A DNA stretch of 32,000 bases from Escherichia coli (GTDB taxonomy: Bacteria; Pseudomonadota; Gammaproteobacteria; Enterobacterales; Enterobacteriaceae), in assembly GCF_036884775.1 (NCBI RefSeq), contig NZ_CP145703.1, one strand, 5' to 3'. Made by a program: the position numbers and the translations under genes. Below are positions 13,117 through 22,384 of this stretch, piece after piece. The notes under the pieces were generated by a model. That model was not told where the DNA came from, searched no databases, and saw only the letters and a list, made by a program, of their open reading frames with translations. Within the stretch, counting starts at the first letter, position 1; the number at the start of each line of letters is the position of its first letter.

Positions 13117-13270
13117 CCCCAAGTCTACTAAAGTCTTTCAAAACCCCTTATAATCCGCGTATTAAAGCCCCGTTCGTCTTTTGACGTCTACTAAAGTCCC
13201 TCAAAATCTACGGTCAGATGGGGGTACTTATGGGGGTATTTGCTGTTCGGTTTAGTGGAGGTACCCCCAA

Positions 13271-14485
13271 GTGAAACTCAATGCCCGTCAAATAGACACA
13301 GCCAAGCCAAAAGAGAAGGCTTACAAGCTGGCCGATGGTGGCGGTTTGTATCTCTTGGTAAAACCTAATGGAGGTAAATACTGGCGACTTAAATATCGTG
13401 TAGCTGGTAAAGAGAAGCTATTGGCACTAGGTGTGTATCCTGAGGTTACTCTAGCCGATGCTCGGGCAAAACGTGAAGATGCGAAAAGAGGTATCGCTGG
13501 TGGTATCGATCCGATGGAAGCGAAACGAGAAGAAAAGATTGCCCGGGAAACGCAGTTAAACAACACCTTCAAAGATATTGCCCTTGAGTGGCACAGCAGC
13601 AAATTAAAAAAATGGTCTGCTGGTTATGCTTCAGACATCCTCGAAGCCTTCAACAAAGATGTGTTCCCTTACATTGGCAAAAAACCAATCGCCGAAATCA
13701 AACCACTTGAACTTCTGAATGTGCTGCGGCGCATCGAGGGGCGCGGTGCTACAGAAAAAGCCAAAAAAGTGAGGCAGCGGTGCGGGGAAGTTTTCCGCTA
13801 TGCAATAGTCACTGGTCGCGCAGAGTATAACCCTGCACCAGACCTTACTAGCGCGATGCAAGGCCATGAATCTAATCATTACCCTTTCCTTACAGCCAAA
13901 GAATTACCTGATTTTTTCAAGGCATTGTCCAGTTACTCAGGAAGCGCATTGGTTGTTATGGCGGCTCGTCTACTGATTATCACCGGCTTGCGGACTGGCG
14001 AACTACGTGGCGCATTATGGGATGAAATTGATTTCAACAAGGCTATCTGGGAGATACCCGCTTCACGTATGAAAATGCGGCGGCCTCATATTGTGCCATT
14101 GTCTGAGCAGGCTCTTTCGCTTATTGGGAAGATTAGAGAAATAACAGGCAATTACCCTCTTATGTTTCCCGGGCGCAATGATCCAAGGAAAACAATGAGC
14201 GAGGCCAGCATAAACCAAGTGTTTAAGCGCATTGGCTACGCTGGACGTGTAACTGGTCATGGGTTCCGGCACACTATGAGTACGATTTTGCATGAGCAGG
14301 GCTATAACACCGCGTGGATAGAAACGCAGCTCGCTCACGTTGATAAGAACTCAATTCGTGGCACATACAACCATGCGCAATATCTGGATGGAAGGCGGGA
14401 GATGCTTCAATGGTATGCCGACTATATGGATTCTCTCGAGCATGGCGGAAATGTGGTGCATATGGTGTTTGAAAAACACGCATGA
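13271..14485 (+). CDS. int: P4-type tyrosine recombinase integrase (GTG start)
   Basis: 404 aa MKLNARQIDTAKPKEKAYKLADGGGLYLLVKPNGGKYWRLKYR...; catalytic motifs TGLRTGELRG, HGFRHTMSTILHEQGY, NHAQYLDGRREML; adjacent to a tRNA. Confidence 0.96.
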   Translation: MKLNARQIDTAKPKEKAYKLADGGGLYLLVKPNGGKYWRLKYRVAGKEKLLALGVYPEVTLADARAKREDAKRGIAGGIDPMEAKREEKIARETQLNNTFKDIALEWHSSKLKKWSAGYASDILEAFNKDVFPYIGKKPIAEIKPLELLNVLRRIEGRGATEKAKKVRQRCGEVFRYAIVTGRAEYNPAPDLTSAMQGHESNHYPFLTAKELPDFFKALSSYSGSALVVMAARLLIITGLRTGELRGALWDEIDFNKAIWEIPASRMKMRRPHIVPLSEQALSLIGKIREITGNYPLMFPGRNDPRKTMSEASINQVFKRIGYAGRVTGHGFRHTMSTILHEQGYNTAWIETQLAHVDKNSIRGTYNHAQYLDGRREMLQWYADYMDSLEHGGNVVHMVFEKHA

Positions 14486-14571
14486 AACAACTGGACAAGT
14501 ATACAGAGGTTTACTAAAGTATAGGGGAGTAGATTGATAAAAACTCACAGAGGATTGCTATTTAACAGTTA

Positions 14572-14791
14572 GCCCTGGAGAAGGGCAATCGCTCTTTTAT
14601 AAACGAAGGTGTATTGAGCCTTCTACGTCGCTGACAAAGCGGAATGTTCTTTAAAACTACTGGATGTCACGCCTAATAGCGTGATCCTGCCGAAATGCAG
14701 GGTAGCTCTACCCTTGTGGAGCAAACAAACCAAAACAATCTGACTATCTTTTATAAAAGACCGCAATATGTTTTTCATATTGTGGTCTTTG
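14572..14791 (+). ncRNA. Possible structured non-coding RNA: consecutive hairpins between int and alpA
   Basis: Stems GCCCT/AGGGC (14572-14586), GAAGG/CCTTC (14605-14623), GGATGTCACGC/GCGTGATCC (14662-14687), CTGC/GCAG (14687-14700), GGGTAG/CTACCC (14700-14713), and a 13-bp terminator-like stem (14758-14788). No convincing ORF. Confidence 0.35.
14758..14791. terminator. Strong, probably bidirectional intrinsic terminator
   Basis: AGACCGCAATATG-TTTTT-CATATTGTGGTCT, 13-bp stem with one G-U, followed by T-rich sequence on both strands. Confidence 0.65.
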
Positions 14792-14876
14792 GCGTATTCG
14801 GCATTTGACGCAAATAAAACTCTCGCCATTCGTTGCAGGAGGGGGTTATTGCGTCATTAGTACAGGATATTAATAA

Positions 14877-15080
14877 ATGGCTAATTACAATTCATTAATT
14901 CGTCTCTCTGAAGTTCAAAGGCGAACTGGTTATAGCAAAGCATGGATTTATCGTCTTATTAGTCAGGGGAGGTTCCCTAAACAGGTAAAAATTGGAAGTC
15001 GGGCAATTGCTTTTGTTGAGTCTGAAATAGATGAATGGATTGAGAAGTGTATATTAGAATCTAGAGACGAGATGGCCTGA
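14877..15080 (+). CDS. alpA: AlpA-family excisionase/transcriptional regulator
   Basis: 67 aa MANYNSLIRLSEVQRRTGYSKAWIYRLISQGRFPKQVKIGSRAIAFVESEIDEWIEKCI... Confidence 0.9.
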   Translation: MANYNSLIRLSEVQRRTGYSKAWIYRLISQGRFPKQVKIGSRAIAFVESEIDEWIEKCILESRDEMA

Positions 15081-15511
15081 TGGAAAAGAAAAACCGCCCA
15101 TTACAGGCGGCTAATTCAGATATTCGTGTATCTGATGTTACGCCCCTTACAAAATCCCTTCAAGCACCAAAGCGCACACCGAAAAAGCATCGTGCCAGAG
15201 TCTATATGCTGCGTACTGGTATAGAGGGATGGACAGAAAATGACATTCTTCGCTACTGCCGTCTGTCTTCTGGTCGTAACTATGCAACAGAGTTAGAACG
15301 CCAGCTTGGAATCACTCTGGAGCGTATCGACGAAAAGAATCCTGATGGTATCGGAACACACCTTCGCTACCGTTTCTCCTGCCGTGGTGATGTTCTGAAA
15401 GTGATCACTCATATTAACCATCTTGCGAACATAAATGATCACAACGGACTTTCTCAGCAGGAAATTGCCGACATTCTGAAACTCTACCCGGACGCGTTTA
15501 ACGCCGCCTAA
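15080..15511 (+). CDS. Hypothetical satellite protein, possible winged-helix
   Basis: 143 aa; start codon overlaps the alpA stop; ...GWTENDILRYCRLSSGRNYATELERQLGITLERIDEKN.... Confidence 0.7.
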   Translation: MEKKNRPLQAANSDIRVSDVTPLTKSLQAPKRTPKKHRARVYMLRTGIEGWTENDILRYCRLSSGRNYATELERQLGITLERIDEKNPDGIGTHLRYRFSCRGDVLKVITHINHLANINDHNGLSQQEIADILKLYPDAFNAA

Positions 15512-15523
15512 CGGAGACTGAAA

Positions 15524-16357
15524 ATGAACATCGAAAAAAGCAGATTAATTTCTGAGGCTGCCCCTCATCTGAACGCCTCTCTGGGCACAATTAACGGTAA
15601 TGAATTTGCCGCAATTGTCCCGGTTATTCCTGGTCATATCGGTGGGCGTGAAACCAATATTGTTAGCGCAAAAGCGTTACACAAAGCGTTGGGCGTGGGA
15701 AAAGACTTCTCTACATGGATCACTGATCGCATCTCTGAATATGACTTCACCATTGGGCACGATTACTCAGTCCATAAAACAATTTCCCCAAATTTGGGGA
15801 AAAGCCCGAATGGCGCGGCTTACAGCAAGATTAAGCAGTCTGGCAGACCCGGCAAAGACTATCTGTTAAGTGTCGGAATGGCGAAAGAACTGGCAATGAT
15901 CGAACGCAATGATCAGGGTCGCGCTATCCGTCGTTATTTCATCCAGTGCGAGGAAGAATTACAGCGTAGCGTGCCTGAAATCGCCGCCCGCTATCGTCGC
16001 CAGCTAAAAGCCCGTATTAGTGCCGCAAACAACTTTAAGCCAATGTGCGATGCGCTGAATATGGCCCGTGCCGAGCAGGGGAAAACGACGCAGCAACACC
16101 ACTACACAAACGAGAGCAATATGATTTCTCGTATCGTTCTTGGTGGGCTAACTGCTAAGCAGTGGGCGCGGATAAATGGCTATTCTGGCGAACCTCGCGA
16201 CCATATGAACGCAGAACAGCTTGAGCACCTCTCATATCTCGAAAGCACCAATATCACGTTAATTGATATGGGTATGGAATATGAGCAGCGCAAAGGAGAA
16301 CTCACCCGCCTGTCGCAACGCTGGCTCGCCAAGCGTCTGGAGGCGGTCCATGTTTAA
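15524..16357 (+). CDS. AntA/AntB-type antirepressor domain protein
   Basis: 277 aa; N-terminal VSAKALHKALGVGKDFSTWITDRISEYDFTIGHDYSV... is typical of the AntA/AntB domain. Confidence 0.8.
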   Translation: MNIEKSRLISEAAPHLNASLGTINGNEFAAIVPVIPGHIGGRETNIVSAKALHKALGVGKDFSTWITDRISEYDFTIGHDYSVHKTISPNLGKSPNGAAYSKIKQSGRPGKDYLLSVGMAKELAMIERNDQGRAIRRYFIQCEEELQRSVPEIAARYRRQLKARISAANNFKPMCDALNMARAEQGKTTQQHHYTNESNMISRIVLGGLTAKQWARINGYSGEPRDHMNAEQLEHLSYLESTNITLIDMGMEYEQRKGELTRLSQRWLAKRLEAVHV

Positions 16358-16532
16358 GCCGACAGGAACACCACAACCTCAAAAACGCTACAAAGATGCC
16401 CACGGAGCACTCGTTACTGTCGAAAGCGTGTCTCACAATCGAGTGACGTTTTATCGCGACGGGTATCAATCGCCATGCGTACAACCGCTGGCACGTTTCA
16501 TGAAGGAGTTCGCGGAGGTTAACAAATGCTAA
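16350..16532 (+). CDS. Small DUF4222-like phage protein
   Basis: 60 aa [60 protein letters not shown]; ATG overlaps the preceding gene's stop. Confidence 0.65.
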   Translation: MFKPTGTPQPQKRYKDAHGALVTVESVSHNRVTFYRDGYQSPCVQPLARFMKEFAEVNKC

Positions 16533-17593
16533 CCGCCCAGAAGAAGATATTTTCACTGGCTGGTATGTCGCCAAAATCCAGCAATATGACAGCAAAGTCA
16601 GACATTAATACAGCAGATACAAGCAAAGTTTATCATTTTCTGGTGGTAGGAGCGGATGCCTTAACTATGTCAGAAATTACGGTCGATGGTGTTAGCGTTG
16701 AGAAGGTCAGCGGCTATGCCAGAGAATTTCTGGTCGTAGATGGCTTTCTCTGCTCGTGTAGTGACTCCACAAAAACCTTCGTCCACGCGCGTGACGTTAA
16801 CGAAATGAGCGCGATGTACTGTGCTTCTGGTTCTTCCAATAGTGAGTTTTCGGAGTCCATAAAAAAGAGCTTGCCGTTATGCGGCAACACGGTTTATGGT
16901 TATAAGGCACCTCATAAAACGGGTGCCGGGATTGGCGTCCTGAAAATTCTGAAGGCGACATATGACGCGCCGAGCGTCTTTTTTTATGTCGTAGGTCTGA
17001 CTCACCCATTTTTTGGGCGTTGGTGTATAATCCAGCGCCTTTGTCAATCAATGGTGGCTCAGGCGGGGGCTTCTTCGGAAGCGCCGGTATCCTTCAGAGC
17101 CGGTTACGCCAACCCTGTCTGGGCTACCACCAGCGAAATTGGCGTTTCCGGTGGTAGCGTAACCTGCTATCTGAAGGAGGCTGCCACATGCTGGCTACTA
17201 CCCCTACCCAAAAAACGCAATTTATCTGGATTATCGCCGCAGTTCGCCGCGATTGCCCGACAATTACCGCCAAAATTCATCATATTGCTGCCGAGTCTGA
17301 ACGCGATGCTCGCCGTTCTCTGGTGCGCGATCACATCTGCTTTTTTGCTGGTCGTATCCGCATGGAGGTGGCACATGATTAAAACCTACGATGTGCATAT
17401 GGATCCCCTCGAACGCACAAGCCAGATCATCACACTGACAGAAGTGATTAACGACATTCTGGTGAGCAACTCTCCCTCACGAGACGAAAAACTGAAGGCG
17501 TTACTCGCGATATTGGACCTCGCCGTTCGTGACGTTCATTTCCTGCTGGAAGGTGGACAAATGCCATGCAAAACGGGGGCAACCAATGAATAA
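16526..17593 (+). CDS. Ash / Icd-like (P4 host cell division inhibitor-like) region in one long open frame
   Basis: 355-aa frame containing [41 protein letters not shown]... and ...[25 protein letters not shown]..., which resemble P4 Ash/Icd-like annotations. The C-terminal part (from Met 17377) may be a separate small gene. Confidence 0.65.
   Translation: MLTAQKKIFSLAGMSPKSSNMTAKSDINTADTSKVYHFLVVGADALTMSEITVDGVSVEKVSGYAREFLVVDGFLCSCSDSTKTFVHARDVNEMSAMYCASGSSNSEFSESIKKSLPLCGNTVYGYKAPHKTGAGIGVLKILKATYDAPSVFFYVVGLTHPFFGRWCIIQRLCQSMVAQAGASSEAPVSFRAGYANPVWATTSEIGVSGGSVTCYLKEAATCWLLPLPKKRNLSGLSPQFAAIARQLPPKFIILLPSLNAMLAVLWCAITSAFLLVVSAWRWHMIKTYDVHMDPLERTSQIITLTEVINDILVSNSPSRDEKLKALLAILDLAVRDVHFLLEGGQMPCKTGATNE
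16871..16985 (+). ncRNA. Candidate P4 CI-like immunity RNA with its own intrinsic terminator
   Basis: TTGCCG-TTATG-CGGCAA (16871-16887), GGCACC-N10-GGTGCC (16906-16927), GACGC-GCCGA-GCGTC-TTTTTTT (16964-16985), located in the Ash/Icd-like region as CI RNA is in P4. Confidence 0.45.
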
Positions 17594-17780
17594 CTCAATT
17601 AATACCCCTCGCCTTACGTCCGCACTTCAATTAATCGAGCAAGCAGCGGCTGTCCCGGTTGCTGTCAGTCTTTCGGCTGAAGAAATGGACGCTGCTGATG
17701 TCGTGGATGCGATTAAAGCGTGCTCATCTTTGGTTAACGATGCCCGTGCCGAGCTGGTAATTCTTGGGGGTGAAAAATGA
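17586..17780 (+). CDS. Small hypothetical protein
   Basis: 64 aa [64 protein letters not shown]; tightly packed in the operon. Confidence 0.6.
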   Translation: MNNSINTPRLTSALQLIEQAAAVPVAVSLSAEEMDAADVVDAIKACSSLVNDARAELVILGGEK

Positions 17781-18040
17781 ATATCAACTTAATTTATCGT
17801 CATCCGTGTGAGCTGGAAATTGAATCATTGCTGGGGCGCGAAGAGCCATATCCAGACACATTCACTCCCGCAGATTGCGCGACTGAACGGCTTACCAGAG
17901 CGCGCACAGGTCTGGTTCATGTGATGAATGAGATTGTTCCCTCGGTGGGAGGGGAACAGGCGACAGTAATCAATAGCTGGCTACAAAAAGTTACCTCCCT
18001 GATAGATATCTGTTTAATCGATGTGGAGAGTGCGAAATGA
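17777..18040 (+). CDS. Hypothetical protein
   Basis: 87 aa; ATGA overlap with the upstream ORF. Confidence 0.65.
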   Translation: MNINLIYRHPCELEIESLLGREEPYPDTFTPADCATERLTRARTGLVHVMNEIVPSVGGEQATVINSWLQKVTSLIDICLIDVESAK

Positions 18041-18258
18041 CCAACATCCAGCTCATTGAAGCGCAATGTCGCATCGAACAGGTTCAGACTGTTTTAGGGT
18101 TCTGGCTTGAAGGGGCCAGCCCCAGCAACAGAGACAAGTTAATGATTGGCGCGGTTATGTCACTGCTCAATGGCGTACCAGAAGCTATTCAGGAAGCGGA
18201 CGAATTGTTGGGCAAATATGAGTTACAGAATCATTCAGGCGAGGCGAAACATGAATAA
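18037..18258 (+). CDS. Hypothetical protein
   Basis: 73 aa; ATGA overlap with the upstream ORF; MTNIQLIEAQCRIEQVQTVLGFWLEGASPSNRDKLMIGAVMSLLNGVPEAIQEADELLGK... Confidence 0.65.
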   Translation: MTNIQLIEAQCRIEQVQTVLGFWLEGASPSNRDKLMIGAVMSLLNGVPEAIQEADELLGKYELQNHSGEAKHE

Positions 18259-18853
18259 TTTCTTAACTTTCCATGCAGAAGCAACGCCTGACGGCGTAAA
18301 CATCATGTACCGCAGCAACGATGGCATGACAGAACGCGTTGATACCGTCTCATATATTGATGCCGTAAATCGTCTGGATGCCGGGGATTATGACGATAAA
18401 CCAGATGAAGGCATGTTTATACATCTCGCTATTGCCAGTGGCGGCAACCAGGGATATTTCGATTACACATCACAGCATCACGTGATTATGTGGCGCTGGC
18501 TGATAGCAACAGCATTCATCAATGAAATGAGAAAGGAAAACGGCACCGTCAGCATTATTGATGACAGTGGCAATCATTCCGTGGTTTCTGTTTATTCCAA
18601 TGGCATCGTCGCCATGCCGCTGTATCCAGTAGCAGAGCGCCTCGCTATGGCAAACAACATTGAGGGCGCAATGATCGAGAAATATGGTGTTGATGTCGGA
18701 ACAAATAATGCCATCATTTTTTACAGCAACATGTTCGATGTCGAACAGGGAACACTCACTTCGTTTGGGCGAGAAGTGCTTGCCGATCTTCACAACAGCT
18801 TTATTGCCGAACTAAACGAAAACGGCATCCCAGAAGCACCAGTGACGCACTAA
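18251..18853 (+). CDS. Hypothetical protein
   Basis: 200 aa from ATG 18251, MNNFLTFHAEATPDGVNIMYRSNDGMTERVDTVSYIDAVNRL...; start overlaps the previous stop. Confidence 0.7.
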   Translation: MNNFLTFHAEATPDGVNIMYRSNDGMTERVDTVSYIDAVNRLDAGDYDDKPDEGMFIHLAIASGGNQGYFDYTSQHHVIMWRWLIATAFINEMRKENGTVSIIDDSGNHSVVSVYSNGIVAMPLYPVAERLAMANNIEGAMIEKYGVDVGTNNAIIFYSNMFDVEQGTLTSFGREVLADLHNSFIAELNENGIPEAPVTH

Positions 18854-18865
18854 ACGGGGGCCAGA

Positions 18866-21622
18866 ATGCGAAACATTGATCTTATCCGTCAGGTTATCAG
18901 TGCGTCTGAAAACAATTGGCCTCATGTGCTGGGCTGCCTGAACATAAATGTCCCTGACTCTCCGCGCCGTCATGCTCCCTGCCCTGCATGTGGGGGCAAA
19001 GATCGATTCCGGTTCGATGACAACGGGCGCGGTAGCTTCATCTGTAATCAGTGCGGCGCTGGTGATGGGCTGGATTTAATTAAACGCGTAAATAACTGCG
19101 ACACAACAGAGGCGGCGCTGCTTGCCGCTGATGTTCTGGGTATTGATTACCGGACAACGGAAACACCAGAAGCCACCAGCCAGAAACGGGAACAACTGGA
19201 AACCGAGCGCCAGCGACGCGAACAGGAGCGCCTGAAAAGGGCAGAGAAGGACGAACAACAAAGACGGGATACGTTTTCCCGTCAGTTTGATGACATGCGC
19301 AGAAAGGCTGTAAACGGCAAATCTGATTATCTGGTTGCGAAAGGGGTAGGTGATTTTACATTCCCAGTGTTGCCCGATGGATCTCTGTTGCTGGCGCTGG
19401 TGGATAAATTCGGCGCAGTCACAGCAGCACAGACTATTACCTCACATGGTGAAAAAAGACTCCTGACAGGTTCAGCAAAGCGAGGGGCATATCACGCCAT
19501 AAACGCACCAGAAACAACACAGAGCATCTTAATCGCAGAAGGGCTGGCAACGGCATTATCTGCCCATTTAATTCGTCCAGAATCGCTGACAGTGGCGGCG
19601 ATTGATGCCGGGAACCTGTTATATGTCGCCCAGGTACTGCGGGATAAATTTCCTTCAGCACAAATCATCATTGCTGCGGATAACGACCACAGCGAAGGAA
19701 GACAAAACACGGGGAGAATAGCAGCAGAAAAAGCAGCTTTATCTGTTTCTGGATGGGTGGCATTACCCCCGACAGATCACAAAGCAGACTGGAATGATTA
19801 CCACCAAAAACACGGCATTAAATGCGCCACAGAAGCGTTCAATAAGTCAATGTACCAACCACAGGGTAATGGCGTGAAACAGCAGCCACAGACCATTGAG
19901 GGAAGTGATTTTAAGGTTATGGATACCGACCCACTGAAACCAAGAATAGAAAGCCGCGAGGATGGTATTTATTGGGTATCTCCGAGAGCTGACAGCCAGA
20001 GTGGAGAAATCATCAATAACGAAAGCTGGTTATGTTCTCCGTTAAGCGTTATCGGTACTGGCAGAGACGATAAAGACCAGTATCTCATTCTTCGCTGGCT
20101 GTCGTTTGGTTCTGAAACGCCGACAACCGCTGCCATTCCACTGGCTGATATTGGTGAACGTGAAGGATGGCGCACACTTAAAGCTGGTGGGGTAAATGTC
20201 ACGACCAAAAGCAGCCTCAGAGCAATACTGGCAGACTGGCTACAACGCAGTGGCTCTCGTGAATTGTGGCGTGTTGCTCATGCCACTGGCTGGCAATGCG
20301 GAGCGTACATCATGCCTGATGGGGAAATCATCGGAACACCTGAAAATCCTGTGCTGTTCAGCGGGAGAAGCTCAGCCGCAGCCGGATATACCGTCTCAGG
20401 GAGCGCGAAAAGCTGGCGTGATAACGTGGCGCGTCTGGCCTTTGGTAACTATTCAATGATGACCGGGATCGGCGCAGCACTGGCAGCGCCATTGATTGGG
20501 CTGGTGGGCGCTGACGGGTTCGGCATTCATTTCTATGAGCAGTCGAGCGCAGGTAAGACCACCACGGCAAACGTGGCGAGCAGCTTATACGGCAACCCTG
20601 ATTTATTGCGGCTGACGTGGTACGGAACCGCGCTGGGGCTGGCAAATGAAGCCGCCGCCCACAATGACGGACTAATACCGCTTGATGAAGTTGGTCAGGG
20701 CGCTGATCCTGTCAGTGTTTCACAGTCTGCCTATGCGTTATTTAACGGTGTAGGGAAACTGCAAGGCGCTAAAGATGGTGGAAACCGGGATCTAAAACGC
20801 TGGCGTACAGTGGCAATCAGCACTGGAGAAATGGATTTAGAAACATTTATCGCTACTTCCGGGCGAAAAACCAAAGCCGGGCAACTGGTGCGACTGCTGA
20901 ATATTCCGTTGAGTAAAGCAGTACGCTTTCACGATTACCAGAACGGAAAACAGCACGCAGACGCACTGAAAGACGCTTACCAGCATCACCACGGCGCAGC
21001 CGGGCGTGAGTGGATTAAATGGCTGGCAGACCACCAGCAACAGGCAATTAAAACTGTTCGTGACTGCGAAAGCAGATGGAGAAGTCTGATCCCATCCGAT
21101 TATGGTGAGCAGGTTCACCGTGTAGCCGCGCGATTTGCCATTCTGGAGGCCGCATTGCTGTTAGGCGAGGTTGTAACAGGCTGGGATGCTCAGACATGCC
21201 GTGATGCGATACAGCACAGCTATAACGCATGGTTGCGCGAGTTCGGCACAGGTAACAAAGAACATCAGCAGATTATTGAACAAACGGAGGCATTTCTTAA
21301 TGCCTATGGGCTTAGCCGTTTTGCACCATTTCCATACAGCCCGGCAGATTTGCCCATCAAAGATTTGGCCGGATACCGTCAGCGTGGAGAACATGACGAA
21401 AGCCCAATGATTTTCTACACATTCCCGGCCACATTTGAAAAGGAGATCGCATGTGGTTTCAACGCAAAACAGTTTGCTGAAGTGTTGAAAAAAGCCGGGA
21501 TGCTAACCCCACCAAACAGCGGTCGTGGATACCAAAGAAAATCACCACGTATTCAGGGACGACAAATAAACGTTTATGTACTCAATTACCAGCCAGGAGA
21601 TTATAACTCATCTGAAGAATGA
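18866..21622 (+). CDS. P4-type primase fused to a DUF927-like helicase (satellite replication protein)
   Basis: 918 aa; N-terminal zinc motif CPACGGKDRFRF...CNQCGAGDGLDL, Toprim-like ILIAEGLATALSAHL.../IIAADND, C-terminal FYEQSSAGKTTTANVASSLYGNPDLLRLTWYGT...LDEVGQ. Confidence 0.93.
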   Translation: MRNIDLIRQVISASENNWPHVLGCLNINVPDSPRRHAPCPACGGKDRFRFDDNGRGSFICNQCGAGDGLDLIKRVNNCDTTEAALLAADVLGIDYRTTETPEATSQKREQLETERQRREQERLKRAEKDEQQRRDTFSRQFDDMRRKAVNGKSDYLVAKGVGDFTFPVLPDGSLLLALVDKFGAVTAAQTITSHGEKRLLTGSAKRGAYHAINAPETTQSILIAEGLATALSAHLIRPESLTVAAIDAGNLLYVAQVLRDKFPSAQIIIAADNDHSEGRQNTGRIAAEKAALSVSGWVALPPTDHKADWNDYHQKHGIKCATEAFNKSMYQPQGNGVKQQPQTIEGSDFKVMDTDPLKPRIESREDGIYWVSPRADSQSGEIINNESWLCSPLSVIGTGRDDKDQYLILRWLSFGSETPTTAAIPLADIGEREGWRTLKAGGVNVTTKSSLRAILADWLQRSGSRELWRVAHATGWQCGAYIMPDGEIIGTPENPVLFSGRSSAAAGYTVSGSAKSWRDNVARLAFGNYSMMTGIGAALAAPLIGLVGADGFGIHFYEQSSAGKTTTANVASSLYGNPDLLRLTWYGTALGLANEAAAHNDGLIPLDEVGQGADPVSVSQSAYALFNGVGKLQGAKDGGNRDLKRWRTVAISTGEMDLETFIATSGRKTKAGQLVRLLNIPLSKAVRFHDYQNGKQHADALKDAYQHHHGAAGREWIKWLADHQQQAIKTVRDCESRWRSLIPSDYGEQVHRVAARFAILEAALLLGEVVTGWDAQTCRDAIQHSYNAWLREFGTGNKEHQQIIEQTEAFLNAYGLSRFAPFPYSPADLPIKDLAGYRQRGEHDESPMIFYTFPATFEKEIACGFNAKQFAEVLKKAGMLTPPNSGRGYQRKSPRIQGRQINVYVLNYQPGDYNSSEE

Positions 21623-21640
21623 GCTTCTTCATGTGCGTAG

Positions 21641-21757
21641 AAAAGGTGTTGGTTCAGTTGGTTCAGTTGGTTCAATTTGTAAAGAGTATTGTTTTATAAG
21701 GATTTTATTCTTTTTATTGAACCAACACTGAACCAACAACACGGTATTTTGAACCAA
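21641..21757. repeat. Iteron array, candidate replication origin (6 copies of TTGGTTCAR)
   Basis: Forward units at 21649, 21658, 21667 (9-bp pitch); inverted units at 21717, 21728, 21749; AT-rich spacer between the halves; directly downstream of the primase gene. Confidence 0.8.
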
Positions 21758-22078
21758 CACAATGTGACTGAATTGATGCGCACAACACCTGGCTGGCATC
21801 AGAGAGTGTTTTACGAGACTTTCGTAAAATCCTGTGTACAAGGGCGTGACGTTTTTGAAAGTGAGCACTACGAAATTTTCGTAGTTCAAAAAACAGCCTT
21901 TGAGAAGTTGTTATGCCTGTTCAGCAAACCATCCGCATAGCTGATCGCGAATCAAATTACCAATGGAGCCAGAAGCAAGGGCAGAACTGGAAAGCGCCTG
22001 CCGTGAAGAGTAATGCGACACCATAAATATAGTTTTTAGAGTCCATAAAAAACCTGTCAAAACCTGACATACAGAACG

Positions 22079-22112
22079 ATGCCACCAGCTACTGAGCGGT
22101 GGCATTTTTTTG
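22079..22112 (+). terminator. Intrinsic terminator downstream of the replication module
   Basis: ATGCCACC-N10-GGTGGCAT followed by TTTTTT. Confidence 0.8.
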
Positions 22113-22173
22113 TGCTATTTGTTTCATATTTTGCAATTACGATGATGAATATTGCGATTTGTGAAACTATAAT

Positions 22174-22193
22174 AACTGTTGTTTTATACAGTT
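22174..22193. promoter_or_regulatory. Possible operator AACTGT-TGTTTTAT-ACAGTT next to a TATAAT-like -10
   Basis: Inverted repeat just downstream of CTATAATA (TATAAT near 22169) and upstream of the small RHH-like gene. Confidence 0.35.
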
Positions 22194-22206
22194 CTAAGGG
22201 GGCGTT

Positions 22207-22380
22207 ATGGCTATTTCAGTAAAGCCAGTATTGATAAGTGAGAAGCAAATGGAAGCGATAAAGAAAATTCAGGAGGAGCAGCGTAAAAAATCAGAGGTAG
22301 GAGTTGCGCCAACGATCCACGAAATTGCTCGGGGATTAATGGATAAGGCGCTGGCTTACACTTTAACTGGACGTGGGTAA
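22207..22380 (+). CDS. Small ribbon-helix-helix-like protein
   Basis: 57 aa [57 protein letters not shown], preceded by AAGGGGGCGTT; not in the supplied ORF track because of its length. Confidence 0.6.
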   Translation: MAISVKPVLISEKQMEAIKKIQEEQRKKSEVGVAPTIHEIARGLMDKALAYTLTGRG

Positions 22381-22384
22381 ATCA

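Noticed and set aside
14572-14791. Possible retron msr/msd region
   Set aside because: Structured DNA is present but no reverse transcriptase gene occurs anywhere in the window.
21629-21889. Minus-strand 86-aa ORF with EPTEPTEPT repeat
   Set aside because: The repeated peptide is simply translation of the 9-bp iterons; a non-coding origin is a better explanation.
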